A DNA stretch of 64,000 nt from Bilabrum cf. latius (lineage: Eukaryota). Both the position numbers and the translations under genes were made by a program. The notes below the pieces were generated by a model, which had not been told where the DNA came from, searched no databases, and worked only from the letters and a program-made list of their open reading frames with translations. Positions 51,801 through 62,330 of the stretch are shown here, piece by piece (positions within the stretch are counted from its first letter, which is position 1; every line of letters begins with the position of its first letter). The stretch is taken from positions 496,001 to 560,000 of the forward strand of contig OZ237750.1 of NCBI GenBank assembly GCA_965178125.1, in the 5' to 3' direction.

Positions 51801-54800
51801 CACTTTCAACGGGCACGTTGATGTCTAGCTATGGTTTGGGTGCCTCTATACCAGAATCAGGATCAGCGTCGGCACCAGCGGCAGCAGCACCGTCGGAGCT
51901 AGCTTCAGTCCGTCCACCAAACTGCTTGGTCTCACCCTTTTGCGTAGACCCTCCGTATGCGGTCTTTGGCTGATCTGAAGCATTTTGTTTTGAAGCACCA
52001 GCACTGTGATGGAGGTTTTGTGGTGACTGGCTCGCGCCGATGTGGGTGGCATCCACCGAGGCAGTTCCTCGTGCCGCTTTGGCACCTGCGTCTCTTTGAG
52101 GCCCACCCTTTTGCTTCGAATCTTCGAGTGCAGGGCTTTGCATGGATGGCGTGATCGGGGGCAACTTGGATTTCGGTGGTGGACTGCTGGATCCGGAGGT
52201 CCCGGTTGTGGCAGCGGTTGGCTGTGCGACGGACATTTGGCCTAGTTCCATTGCTAGGATCTCTCTCTCCGTCGGCTTCCTCTCGAGTGTCTTTTGAGCG
52301 GCTTCTTCAACAGCATCGGACTTGGCCTCGCCATCATCTTTGCCGCTGGATTTGATGGACGACCTGCGGCGCTTCTTCATTGATCGGGCGGCCACTGCAT
52401 CAGCAGAGCCCGTCGCCTAGCTAGCCTGCTAGCCGCTGTCGTCAGCAAGCAGCGGCTTGGTGCTGTCCATCGAATCAGCATCATCATTGATACCGACTTG
52501 ATCACCAGTTCCCTTGCCAGCTGCATCATCCTCGTCACTGCCACCGTCACTGCCTTGCAACTTGGGAGCAAGCGGGATCTGTTGCACGATGGTGGCTGCC
52601 CTACTGGCCGCAGCCTCCTCCTCCCTGGCATCTGCGAGCTCCAAGTACCATCGAGACCCCTTCGAGTCACCCCGCACCTAGTCCAGAAACTGACTGTAGG
52701 CTCGCAGCACCTGCGTGCTGTAGCTGTGGTTCTCAAGCAGAGCCACGAACGACCTCGAGGCGCTCTCCTCCGCGCTGCCGATTCTCGCGATTGCGTCGCG
52801 TACCTCCCGCATGTCTGCGTTGCCCCTCGTCATCATGGATGCAAACGACTATAGCTCTTCCATCGCGATACGATGGTAATGCTGCGCGCTCCTCAGCGAT
52901 TTGGACAGGTCAAGGTATCTCACGGTGCCGACACCGTTAGCCAGCTGCTGCCTCCTCCTCTCGAACAGGTACCGAAAAAAGCAGTACCGAATGTCTAGCA
53001 TGTTGATCTTCGCCGCTGCGGAAGCAGACATGCGCACTGGTAGTGCCTGGCCAAAGAAATGATGCACGTTTAGCATAGACAGCCAGAAGAGGCCGTTCTC
53101 CTGCAGATGCCTAGCTGCGTGCGAGTATAGCCACTGCATGACGAGCCCCCTCTTCTTCTCTCTTCGCCAGCGCTTCCGCGATTCCTCTGCGATCTGAACC
53201 ACGGTGCTGGTCTCAATTCCGCTCGCTGCCACGCTGCCAGCCTCGGACGCTTGCTGTTGTTGTGAGAGCAGCTCATCGTCGTCGTCATCATCCTCGTCGC
53301 TCTCGTTGAAGCCGGCGTCCTCATCGTGGTTCGCGGTCAGGGTGATGCCCAGCAGGGACAGCAGCGAGAACTGCCTGTTGCTCTGGTCTGTGCTGCGCTC
53401 CAATCCGACGAAGGCGGAATCCGTGCGGCGCATAACGTGCCGCACCATGATGTCTACATCAGATTCCCCGGCCGCGTCGAGCCCCAGCCGGGACACCAAA
53501 CCGGCTTCGGCGTGCCTGCCTCCGGTCGTGATGATGTGGTACATCTTCGAAACCTTTGGCATCCGGCTTGTCACTAGAAACCACCGTCTGTAGGCAAGAA
53601 GCCATCCAAGGTAAGCCGCTGGTCCCGCCCCCACCAAAAGCAGGTCTCCGGACGCGTCTAGTGACAGACCCAGCACTCGGCACGTCTCACAGATGGATGC
53701 CCACAGGAAGAGAGCAAACGCGCCGCATCGGAATTGATTTGAGGCCTGGCTGTTGTACGGGAACATCAGCAGGATCTGGTATAGCATGATAGTTGCAATG
53801 ATCGGCTTCGCCAGCACGAACAGTGGGTCCACCACGCGCTGCACATGGTCGAGGAGAATGAGGACCAGCTTGAGCACCAGCACCAGGACCTCGGATCTCC
53901 CATGCGTCATGCCGAAGGAGCCCTCCACATCCACTGCGATCACGGCCGTGACGAACGAGACAGCTCCAAATAGGACAATGAGGATCCAGGCAGCAATGAC
54001 CACCCCAACGTTGATTGGCGTCCCTTCGAACGCCGCGTACTCAACTACACCGCCCCTTGGAAACGGGATGGCAAAGTTTGACAGCAGTTCCACTATTGGC
54101 ATATACAAAAAGGTCACCTGTGCACAGGGGGAATCGGATTGAGCTGTGGGTGAGCTTTGCTATGATTTTCATCGCCGCCTAGTAGCAGTGCGTGTAGCAT
54201 GCTCAACCACGTCGCCAAGTATTTTAAAGACGATCTTCTGCCAATTTATTGCTGCTAGTCATTGAGTGCACTCAAGGCGCGAGGTCGTTCTTATCTTACG
54301 AGTGAAACGATGAAAACCCGGAGGAAATCCAGTGCTCGTGATGGCGACGTGGTTGAGCATTCTAAACGCACTGCCACATATGTCAAGGTGCCCAAGGCGA
54401 TGAAAATCATCGCAAAGCACACCCACAGCTCAATCCGTTTCGCTTCATGCCCGACTGATTGGAATACTGTCGCCATGTACTCGCTCGCCTGCTGCAGGAT
54501 TCCGACCAAGCTACCGGGGGGAAACTGGAACAAATCTTCAGAGAAGTTTGTGGCTAGAAGCTACAAAGGTTCCTGTGAAAAATCTCGAAGAAGTAGCGGA
54601 GGAACGGAGGGTCGGATATAAAAACCATGGTTCAGAGCACTCGGAACAGTCGGTCGCGTATTGCGCGTATTGCTCACCACCAAAAACGCAATTGCGAGCA
54701 GGTACGCTTTCACGCTATTCTATGACATCATTGAATATATCACCAGAAAAATTGCTGCAGGGTTGCTTTGTCATGGCTCATTGAAGCAGTAGTACGTGGC

Positions 54801-54945
54801 CTTTGCTAGCGGCACATGCGGGCCAACTTTGGCTTCGCTCACCTCGCTCAACTGATGCAAGCTTCCCAGAGCCAAGGGTACTTTGAAAGGCCTAGTTGCC
54901 TGAGCTTGATGTAAACGCGCTTCCATTCGTGCGTCTTTTCGCCAT
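48892..54945 (-). CDS. TmcB/TmcC (tiny macrocysts)-like multi-pass membrane protein, ~1,892 aa; probable introns 54755-54842, 54573-54677 and 54118-54299
   Basis: N-terminal TM bundle (IFLVIYSM, EPL*LL, FLYMPI, PYNSQASNQFR), LDIRY.FF, and A..F..LL..H..S..VLRAY..FL..VR.D TPR-like motif, followed by three further TM pairs. Only TAG in frame; ends TGA. The 5' exons are inferred from splice signals. Confidence 0.75.
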
Positions 54946-55088
54946 CTCGCAAACAGTGTTCCAACAGAAGAACACTCAAGCTATAACCGGAACTAGGCTG
55001 TCGCAACCGGAGGATGCCAATGGTCGCAGGCAACACACTGATCGGCCAATGAAATTCCTACGCATACCCATCCAAAAATCAAGTCATT

Positions 55089-56717
55089 TCACCCCGGCTC
55101 CTTCCCGACCCCAGCCCCACTCCCTCCAGCCGCACCCCCCGTCGCCGCCCCAGCACTAGCACCCGCCTCTCCCTCTTCTCCGCCCTGCTTCCAGACCCTA
55201 CAAGTGTTATCCTTGGACCCCGTGATGATGGTGTCCCCCGAGTAGTTGAAGGTACACGAAAAGATTTCGTCCGAGTGCCCCTCGAGCACCTACAGACACT
55301 CTCCCGTGTCTGAGTCCCACACCCTCGCCGAGTGGTCAGAGGAAGCAGTCAGGATGCGAGTGCCCATTGGGTTAAACGCAACCTTTGATATCTCGCCCTC
55401 ATGCCCCGCTAGGATATTCGAGCAGGCGTGCGTGGCAGCATTGTAGATCCTGGCAGTCCCGTCCCCCGAGGCAGTCACCACCTTCCGCCCCGTGCTGTCG
55501 AATGCGACGTCAAGGACCTCGTCATGGTGGCCACGAAGAGTCGCCTCGCACTTGCCCGTGCCCACGTCCCATAGCTTGGCGGTCTGATCGATGGAGCCGC
55601 TTACCACCTTGTTGCCCTCAAAGTTGAAGCAAGTAGCGGAAATCTCGCTCTGGTGGCCCGTCAGGACGTGCGCGGCGCCGCCCGTGCGGACGTCCCAAAG
55701 CCTCACGGTCTTGTCAAAGCTGGCCGTGACGAGCAGCGAGCCGGAATTATTGAACTGCAGTGCCACCGTCTCGGCGGTGTGCCCTTTCAGCGTGTGCAGC
55801 TCCCTGCCAGTCACCACGTCCCACACCTTGGCAGTGTGGTCCATCGATCCGCTGGCCACAAACGAGCCTGTCGGGTCGAACTGGATGCAAACTATCTCTT
55901 CTTCGTGGCCTTTGAACGTGTGCTTGCACTCGCCCGTCTCTGTGCTCCAAAGCTTCGCCGTTTTGTCGAAGGATCCAGTCACGATGAGGTCCCCGAACGG
56001 ATTGTTGAACGAAATGGCGTACACAACGTTGCGATGACCTTCCAAGACATGAACTTCGTCACCAGTAGCCGTGTCCCACACCTTGCAGGTGCGATCATAC
56101 GATCCAGTGATGAACCGGCTGCCGCTCTTGTTGAACGCGCAGTTCGTCAGTGGCAGAATGTGCGCCTTTAAGGATCGGAAAAGGCGGTAAGAGCGATCTG
56201 ATGGATCTTCCAGCTTGCTTGCCATCTGCAACAAATGATGGAATGGAACTTGCACGATAGCGTGGTTGTGCTGAGATTAGTTGCCCTGCATAGCTGCCAC
56301 GCTCGAATCGAGATTCTCACCCTGCGCAGCAACTTTTCCAATTGCGGGCGCCTAGCTTCTGACACAAGAGGCTCTCGGAGAACTATATCCTATGCAAGTT
56401 TTGAAACGTCCGTACTGCGGATATAAGTATCTTCATGAGAGAAACGCGCCTTCACGTGCAACGTATCGGAAAATCCTTGGCATGTTATGCACTTTAAAGC
56501 TTCTTACGTCGGCGATAGATGCAACAAATCCAATGTTCTGGTACCTTTGGTCCCATTTTTTCTCTCAAACTCCAAGATAAGCCCTGCAAGTTGAACCAAG
56601 ACGGAAAGGCAAGAATAACAAAATCAAATACAAGCTCACTCCCAGCCATTCGTGGGAAAGAATTGCATCGAGCTCACCTGGGGGATAATAACGAACTAGA
56701 AACCTTCTCAATTTCAT
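55089..56717 (-). CDS. DAW1: Dynein assembly factor with WD repeats 1 (ODA16/WDR69), 448 aa; exons 56678-56717, 56508-56583, 56321-56414 and 55089-56225
   Basis: [14 protein letters not shown] start; [38 protein letters not shown] and eight WD40 repeats; [14 protein letters not shown] with TAG at 55290-55292. Three GT-AG introns of 93-95 bp. Ends TGA. Confidence 0.95.
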
Positions 56718-56835
56718 AATTCTGACTCTGCGACTGCAAAGGGGTTCTCTTTACGGCCGCGAGCCGAATCGATCGTAAAAAGTACACGTTACCGGCATTG
56801 ATCGGTCCGTTGCACGGAGCAGTTTATTGGACGCC

Positions 56836-59451
56836 ATGGCTGAAGATGCTCGCCTACATGCCATGAAATCAATGCATCAGGAGAAAACAAAGTCTTTGAT
56901 GCGATCAATATCCCTGCTTCAGAAAGAAGTGCGCTCATTGAGAGCACAAAGCAAGGATCACCGCAGAAGCGCTCAACTACAAGCCCTGCAGCAAGAAATC
57001 AGAAGATAGGAACTTGTATCCGAGGTTTTGAAAGTGTTTGTAGAAAGAAGCTGCGACCTAACACGAGAGCAAGTGGATGACATGGTAATGAAGAAAACAA
57101 TCGGTGCCCCGCTTCGGTTTACCCCAACGAGCAGGGAAGAGCTCGCCATGGAAATCGTCGCGCTCCGGCGAAAAGTCAAACAAATAGAATCTAAGAATGC
57201 CAAGTTGAAGCTCAGAGGTCGCAAGGGTGCGCACAAGGGCCCAGAGGCGAAATCACCTGATGAAGCCACGGATCGCCACACGTCTGTGACGCTGCCATCG
57301 CTGCCGTAGGCCTTGCCTGGCAATGAAATGGCTGATGCAGGTTATGGTTACTCCGTGGACTATAGAGCTAGGGCTGGATCATCCAGTAGCAGGCCCTCCA
57401 CAGCAGGTGCGGCAAGTGCGAGACCGGCACGGGCTTAGATTGCGAGCACAGCTGCGCTTCGGCGAGTGGTCGAGAAACTGGAAGCCGACCTAGACGGCTA
57501 GAAGCAAGCTGTACAGTCACTGCAGCGTGAGCTAGCGGCATCGCAGGAAGAAGCCGAGCGCCTGGCCCTATTCGAAGACAAGGCGAGGCAGCTCGCCACA
57601 AAGTACTCCCACGCCAAGGACGCGCTCAGGGCTATGCGAGACGAAGTCGCGGCAGAGGCTAGGCGCAGGGAACAAGAGGCGTCCAGGGCCCGAGAGGCAA
57701 AGGGAGAAGCCCTGGAAGCCCGCGCCAAGCTGGAGGCGTACAGGGGGGAATCTGACAAGGGGAGGACACAGCGGGCCATGGAGACAGCCAAGGCGTCGAG
57801 GGACAAAGTCGAGCTCATGACGTCGCTGCAGGAGGCGAGGGACGCCGCGCGAGATGCGATGGAGCGCGCCGAGGCGGTGAGAAGGAAGGCGCAGGCGGAG
57901 TCGAGGGCTAGAGGGGAGGCCGAGCAGGCGGCCAAAGAGGCCAGGCAGCAGGCCGAACAGGCTGCGGCCGACGCCAAGCGCGCGTAGAGGGAGAGCGCAG
58001 ACGCCTCGACGCACCACAGGACCCTGATGTCGGAGAGAGACGAGGCCCGCACAGCCCTCACTCACGCCCGGGAGGCCCTTGCGCAGGCCAAGGAGGAGCT
58101 TAGGACCACAAGAGAGGAGGTCAGGGAACAAAGCGACAAGGCCGCCACCGCCCTCGCCGGGCAGGCCAGGGTATCGAGAGAGGCGGCAGAGCAGCGAGCC
58201 CGCGCGGAGGCTCTCGAGCGAGACACGGAGGCCCGGGGGGAGGAGCAGCAGAGAGCCAGGGAACAGGAACAGAAGTCCAGGGAACAAATCGCCCGGCTGG
58301 AAGGCCAGCTGGAGGACGCGAGGGAGGATGCGAGGCGGGCCACGGAGCAGAGCCATGCAAGAGCGACCAAGCTCGAGCAGCTCCTCGAGAAGGTACAGGC
58401 CGCCAAGGAAGAGCAGCAGCGAGCAGAGGCACTGTCCGAGAAACGGCTGGCTGCGTGCGCTGCCGTGGCGTCAGTCCTGCGAGACCTTGGGTCGCGTGCC
58501 AGAGCGGTGAAGAATGCATGCGCCTAGCGGGCCGGTGCTGCCGCTTCAACCACCGGCGGAGCTGCTGGTCCGGACGGCAGTGGTGCGATGCAGATCGGCG
58601 GCGAGGCAGTGGCGAGGCTTTAGTCTGCCGCTGTGGACGCCGGCACGTGTGCACAGCTGCAGGAAGGTGCAGAGAGCGTGGATCAGGCACTGGCGGCATG
58701 TGGAGCGCTGCTCAAACAGCTGGATTCCGGCAGCGCAAGCACAGCTGCTCCGGAGATATCATCGGTTGAAGGCAGTGGGGTGGGCGATGGGAGTACTAAA
58801 GGTCGGGCTGACCTAGAGAGTGCGAGCGGGACCAGCAGCAGGTCAGAATCGGGTGCTGCCGCCCGTGATGGTGATGACAATGACGAGGCCAGCGACCAGG
58901 GCAATGGCCCTGATGATGTGGAGTCTAGAGAAGGGCACGAGGGCGGGTAGGAGGTAGCTGATCCTTCAGCTGCCTAGGCCATGCCACGCGAAGGCCAAGA
59001 GCAAGCCCAAGGGCCATAGGCAGGGGCATAGATCTAGGCAGGGGCAGTCGATCTACCTGGCGGGCATGATCACGGGATAGGAGCAGCAGAAGATGCGGAT
59101 AGAGAGGCAGATTCTGTCAGTCCAAAAGAAGATCAAGTAGACGGCACAGACACCTCTGGCAATGCTGCAGATTCGCAAGAACTTGCGGCTGCTGGCAGGA
59201 GCGGGATCGCCGCTGTCGGGCAGGAGGACAAGGACCGGGGTGGCGGCGAACAAGACTCGGCGAGCGGCGGTGATTCGAAGGAAGAACTTCAACTGCATTC
59301 AGGTACACAAGACAATGGTGCGCGAAAAGCGCATTCCGGAGTTGCCTCTGCGGCAGACGGGCAGGGGGATGCTGCCGCAGGTCCACTGGCAGCTCTAGAG
59401 TCTGGTGCTGGTGCTGACGAGCTGAGCGATTCGGATGAAGATTCGAGCTAA
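56836..59451 (+). CDS. Coiled-coil protein with acidic disordered tail, 871 aa
   Basis: ORFs 56827..57009, 57028..57309, 57634..57987, 58027..58527 and 58633..58950 are one frame joined by TAG. Ends TAA at 59449-59451. Head-to-head with DAW1. Confidence 0.8.
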
Positions 59452-59848
59452 CGATGATTGAGCATGAGAACACGCGTTTGAACCTACCATTTTATTTTTC
59501 GGTGCGGCCTATGGTGCATGAGCGGCCCCGGTCGCGGAACCGACCGTGACAACTCGGAACGGTCACCAGCAACTGATGCCGATCACCACCAACAAGCAAA
59601 GCATCAACATTGCGTGCGCATTTTTGCAAGCAATACCAGTTCTATTGTCGTTAATAAACTGGTGAGCTCCTGGTTATGCATAGATCTTGCGGCTTTGCGC
59701 TGGGTACTACAATGGTGTGGTGCGCGTAGCCGGCCTAGAACCGGTGACTACGAAGGGCAGACTGCATAATTCATCTGGCCGTTTCCACACTACGATAATT
59801 TAAATGCATGCAATAGTATTCACTAAGCCGCAGATTTGCTGGTGAAGC

Positions 59849-61996
59849 ATGGATTTGCACATGGATCCGGCACAATACCGATACGATGTATGGCTAAACA
59901 ATGTGAAAATGCTCGTGGTCCCGGCAGCTGTAATGGGATTCATTCTCATTGTCTAGGTCTGTGCTCCGAAAAGCGCTGATTCCTCCTTGGGCAAGAAGCC
60001 CGTAGCGCCAGACAAGACCTCCCAAAAAGAGAAGGTCCCTAGACTTGCTCGGCTGGATACACATGGACTTATCCTTTCACCCTGGAGGATTTCAAGTCTT
60101 ACTTTAGATAGTGGAGATTCTTCTGGTTGGTTCAACCTTGCGTATTTGGTCACGCTTTTCTGGTGAGGTCGATCGAGAGTACCTGCTGCTGCACCGTGAC
60201 AGCTAGAGCGACAGAGTCCTGGTCGGAACACAAGAACCCACCTTTCGCAGGTTTGTCTCTTCGTTGGTGTCAAATGTATTCAGGACTGGTGGCGAGTCAG
60301 TCTTCCTCGACAGAGGATTCTTCGTTGTATCAGCATTCAGGCGGTCGCACGAGCTGGCAGTTGCTCTTGGCTTGCTGTACTGTCTGTTCAGCCTAGCCTA
60401 CGTGCTTCAGCTCGTTGCCATGTCCAAACTAGTGCCATACAGCGTAATCATTTTGATTCAAGCTGTACTAGAGGGCGTTTTATTCTTGAGCGCGCTGGCG
60501 TACTCCACATCGGACGACGCCGTTAAGCGATGGCCGTTCTCGCAACGCCTGGGCCTCATGCTGCAGTCATCCGTGTTCATCCTCAAGATGCACTCGTACC
60601 TCGCGGTCAACAGGAAACTAGCGCTAGCGGCCGAGGCCGAAGCGGCAGGGAGGCCCCAGCAAGTAGAAGCGAGCACTGCGACCAGCCAGGACGTCAAAGG
60701 GCCAGGCGATTCTGGGCCGGAGGACGACGACGAGTCGGAGTCCGAGTCGGAAAGCGGCAGCGCGGGGCGCAGGGGTCGGGTGCGAGCCGGAAGTCGAGCC
60801 AGGCTTGCAGCACGCAAACGCCGCAGTACTAGTAGGAGCAGGGCTGGAGGCCGGTCCAGAAGCCGAGGGAGCGACTCGGACCGCAGGAAGCTCAGCCGAA
60901 ACGGCAACGCCGGACAGGACCAAAGCGAATCCAGCTCAGAAGATGGCAGTGCACCTCGAGCCAAAACTCGAGGTGCGCTGGTCCGCAACCCTGCGGGCCT
61001 GGACTACATCCCGGCCATGCCGCCCATGTACCCCAACAACGTGACCTTCCTCAACTTTTTCAATTTCAGCTTTATGCCGACCCTCGTGTACCTGCCGACG
61101 TACGCCATGACGAAGCGGATCCGCGTTTTCTACTGCGTGGAGAAGTCGCTGCTCGGGCTAGGCCTGCTTTTGGTTGCAATGACGATCGTGGGACACTACG
61201 TGCTGCCTGTCTTTGCACGGATGCCGTACAAGCAGCCGATCGAGGCGGTCGCTAACCTGATCATCCCATTCATTTGCCTACTGTAAGACGACCGGCACAG
61301 CACAGCCACGGCAGGGGCCTAATTCCTGGGTCTTCATGCATATCTAGCTGCCTCATGCCGACTTTACCCCCCCCCCTCCTCTTGTACCCCACTCTCGTCT
61401 TTTCCATCTATCGCAGGTTCTGTTTCTTCTTCATCGTGTTCGAGTCTATCCTCAATTTCTTCGCCGAGGTGACTCGCATGGCCGACCGGACCTTTTACCG
61501 AGACTGGTGGAACGCCACAAGCTACACGGCCTTTTCCCGGGACTGGAACATCCCGGTGTCCGCGTGGCTGAGGCTGCACGTGTATGAGGAGCTGCAGCTG
61601 CAGGGGCTCCACAGGGAGACCTCCCGCCTGATCACGTTTGGCATCTCGATCGTGCTGCATGAGCTGGTGGCCATGGGCGTTGTGGGAGTGGTGTCCCCGT
61701 GGCTTGCTCTCTTTTCGGTGCTGCAGTTCCCGCTCTTCTCCTTGATGCGGTCGAGCTTCTTCAAAGGCAAGCGCCTGGGAAACCTCGTGTTTTGGCTGGG
61801 GCTAGTGGTGGGCGTGCCACTCATCGCGGTGCTGTATTCGCAAGAGTACTGCGCCAAGCACCGTGACCACTGCGGCAAGCTGAAGGATGAGCTGGCGACG
61901 TGGCCGCTCATGGCCAGCCCGGCGGCATCAGCCGCTGTGGACGGCGAGCAGGGCAAGTGTGAGTGCAAGTGCGAAGCAGAGGCAGAGGAGGCTTGA
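59849..61996 (+). CDS. MBOAT O-acyltransferase, DGAT1/sterol O-acyltransferase subfamily, ~641 aa; introns 60163-60250 and 61283-61416
   Basis: LKMHSY, YPNNVT..NF..F.FMPTLVY, FAEVTRMADRTFYRDWWN, WNIPV..WL..HVY and catalytic S...HE motifs. Start codon uncertain (59849 or 59861). Ends TGA. Confidence 0.88.
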
Positions 61997-62330
61997 AATG
62001 CCGGCAAAGAGAAAATATGGCTATTACCCTGCATAAGCCCCTGAAAGTAACGGGCCATGTCGCGTGAGCGGAGTATAGCATCCGTCGCCACCAGCCAACG
62101 CGGTGCACTGCATGGCATGATGCCATGCGTGCACCAGGCTGGCTGGCTTGGGTGTGAAGCCGCGTTGAATTGATGTCGTACTAGATCTGTGGGTGCATCC
62201 ACCATCCTTACAGGCTTACCAGTAGCCAGAGACTGCAGGCAGGCCAGGCAGGCCACCCACAATTCTGGCTTGCACTCGTCATGGCACGCCAACACCCCAG
62301 TGCGCTTCCGATGCACTCAACCTTGCCACA

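Noticed and set aside
59518-59769. 83-aa ORF as a gene or first coding exon of the MBOAT
   Set aside because: No motif, and splicing its GTGAG donor to the CAG at ~59833 meets an in-frame TGA. It may be 5' UTR or a uORF.
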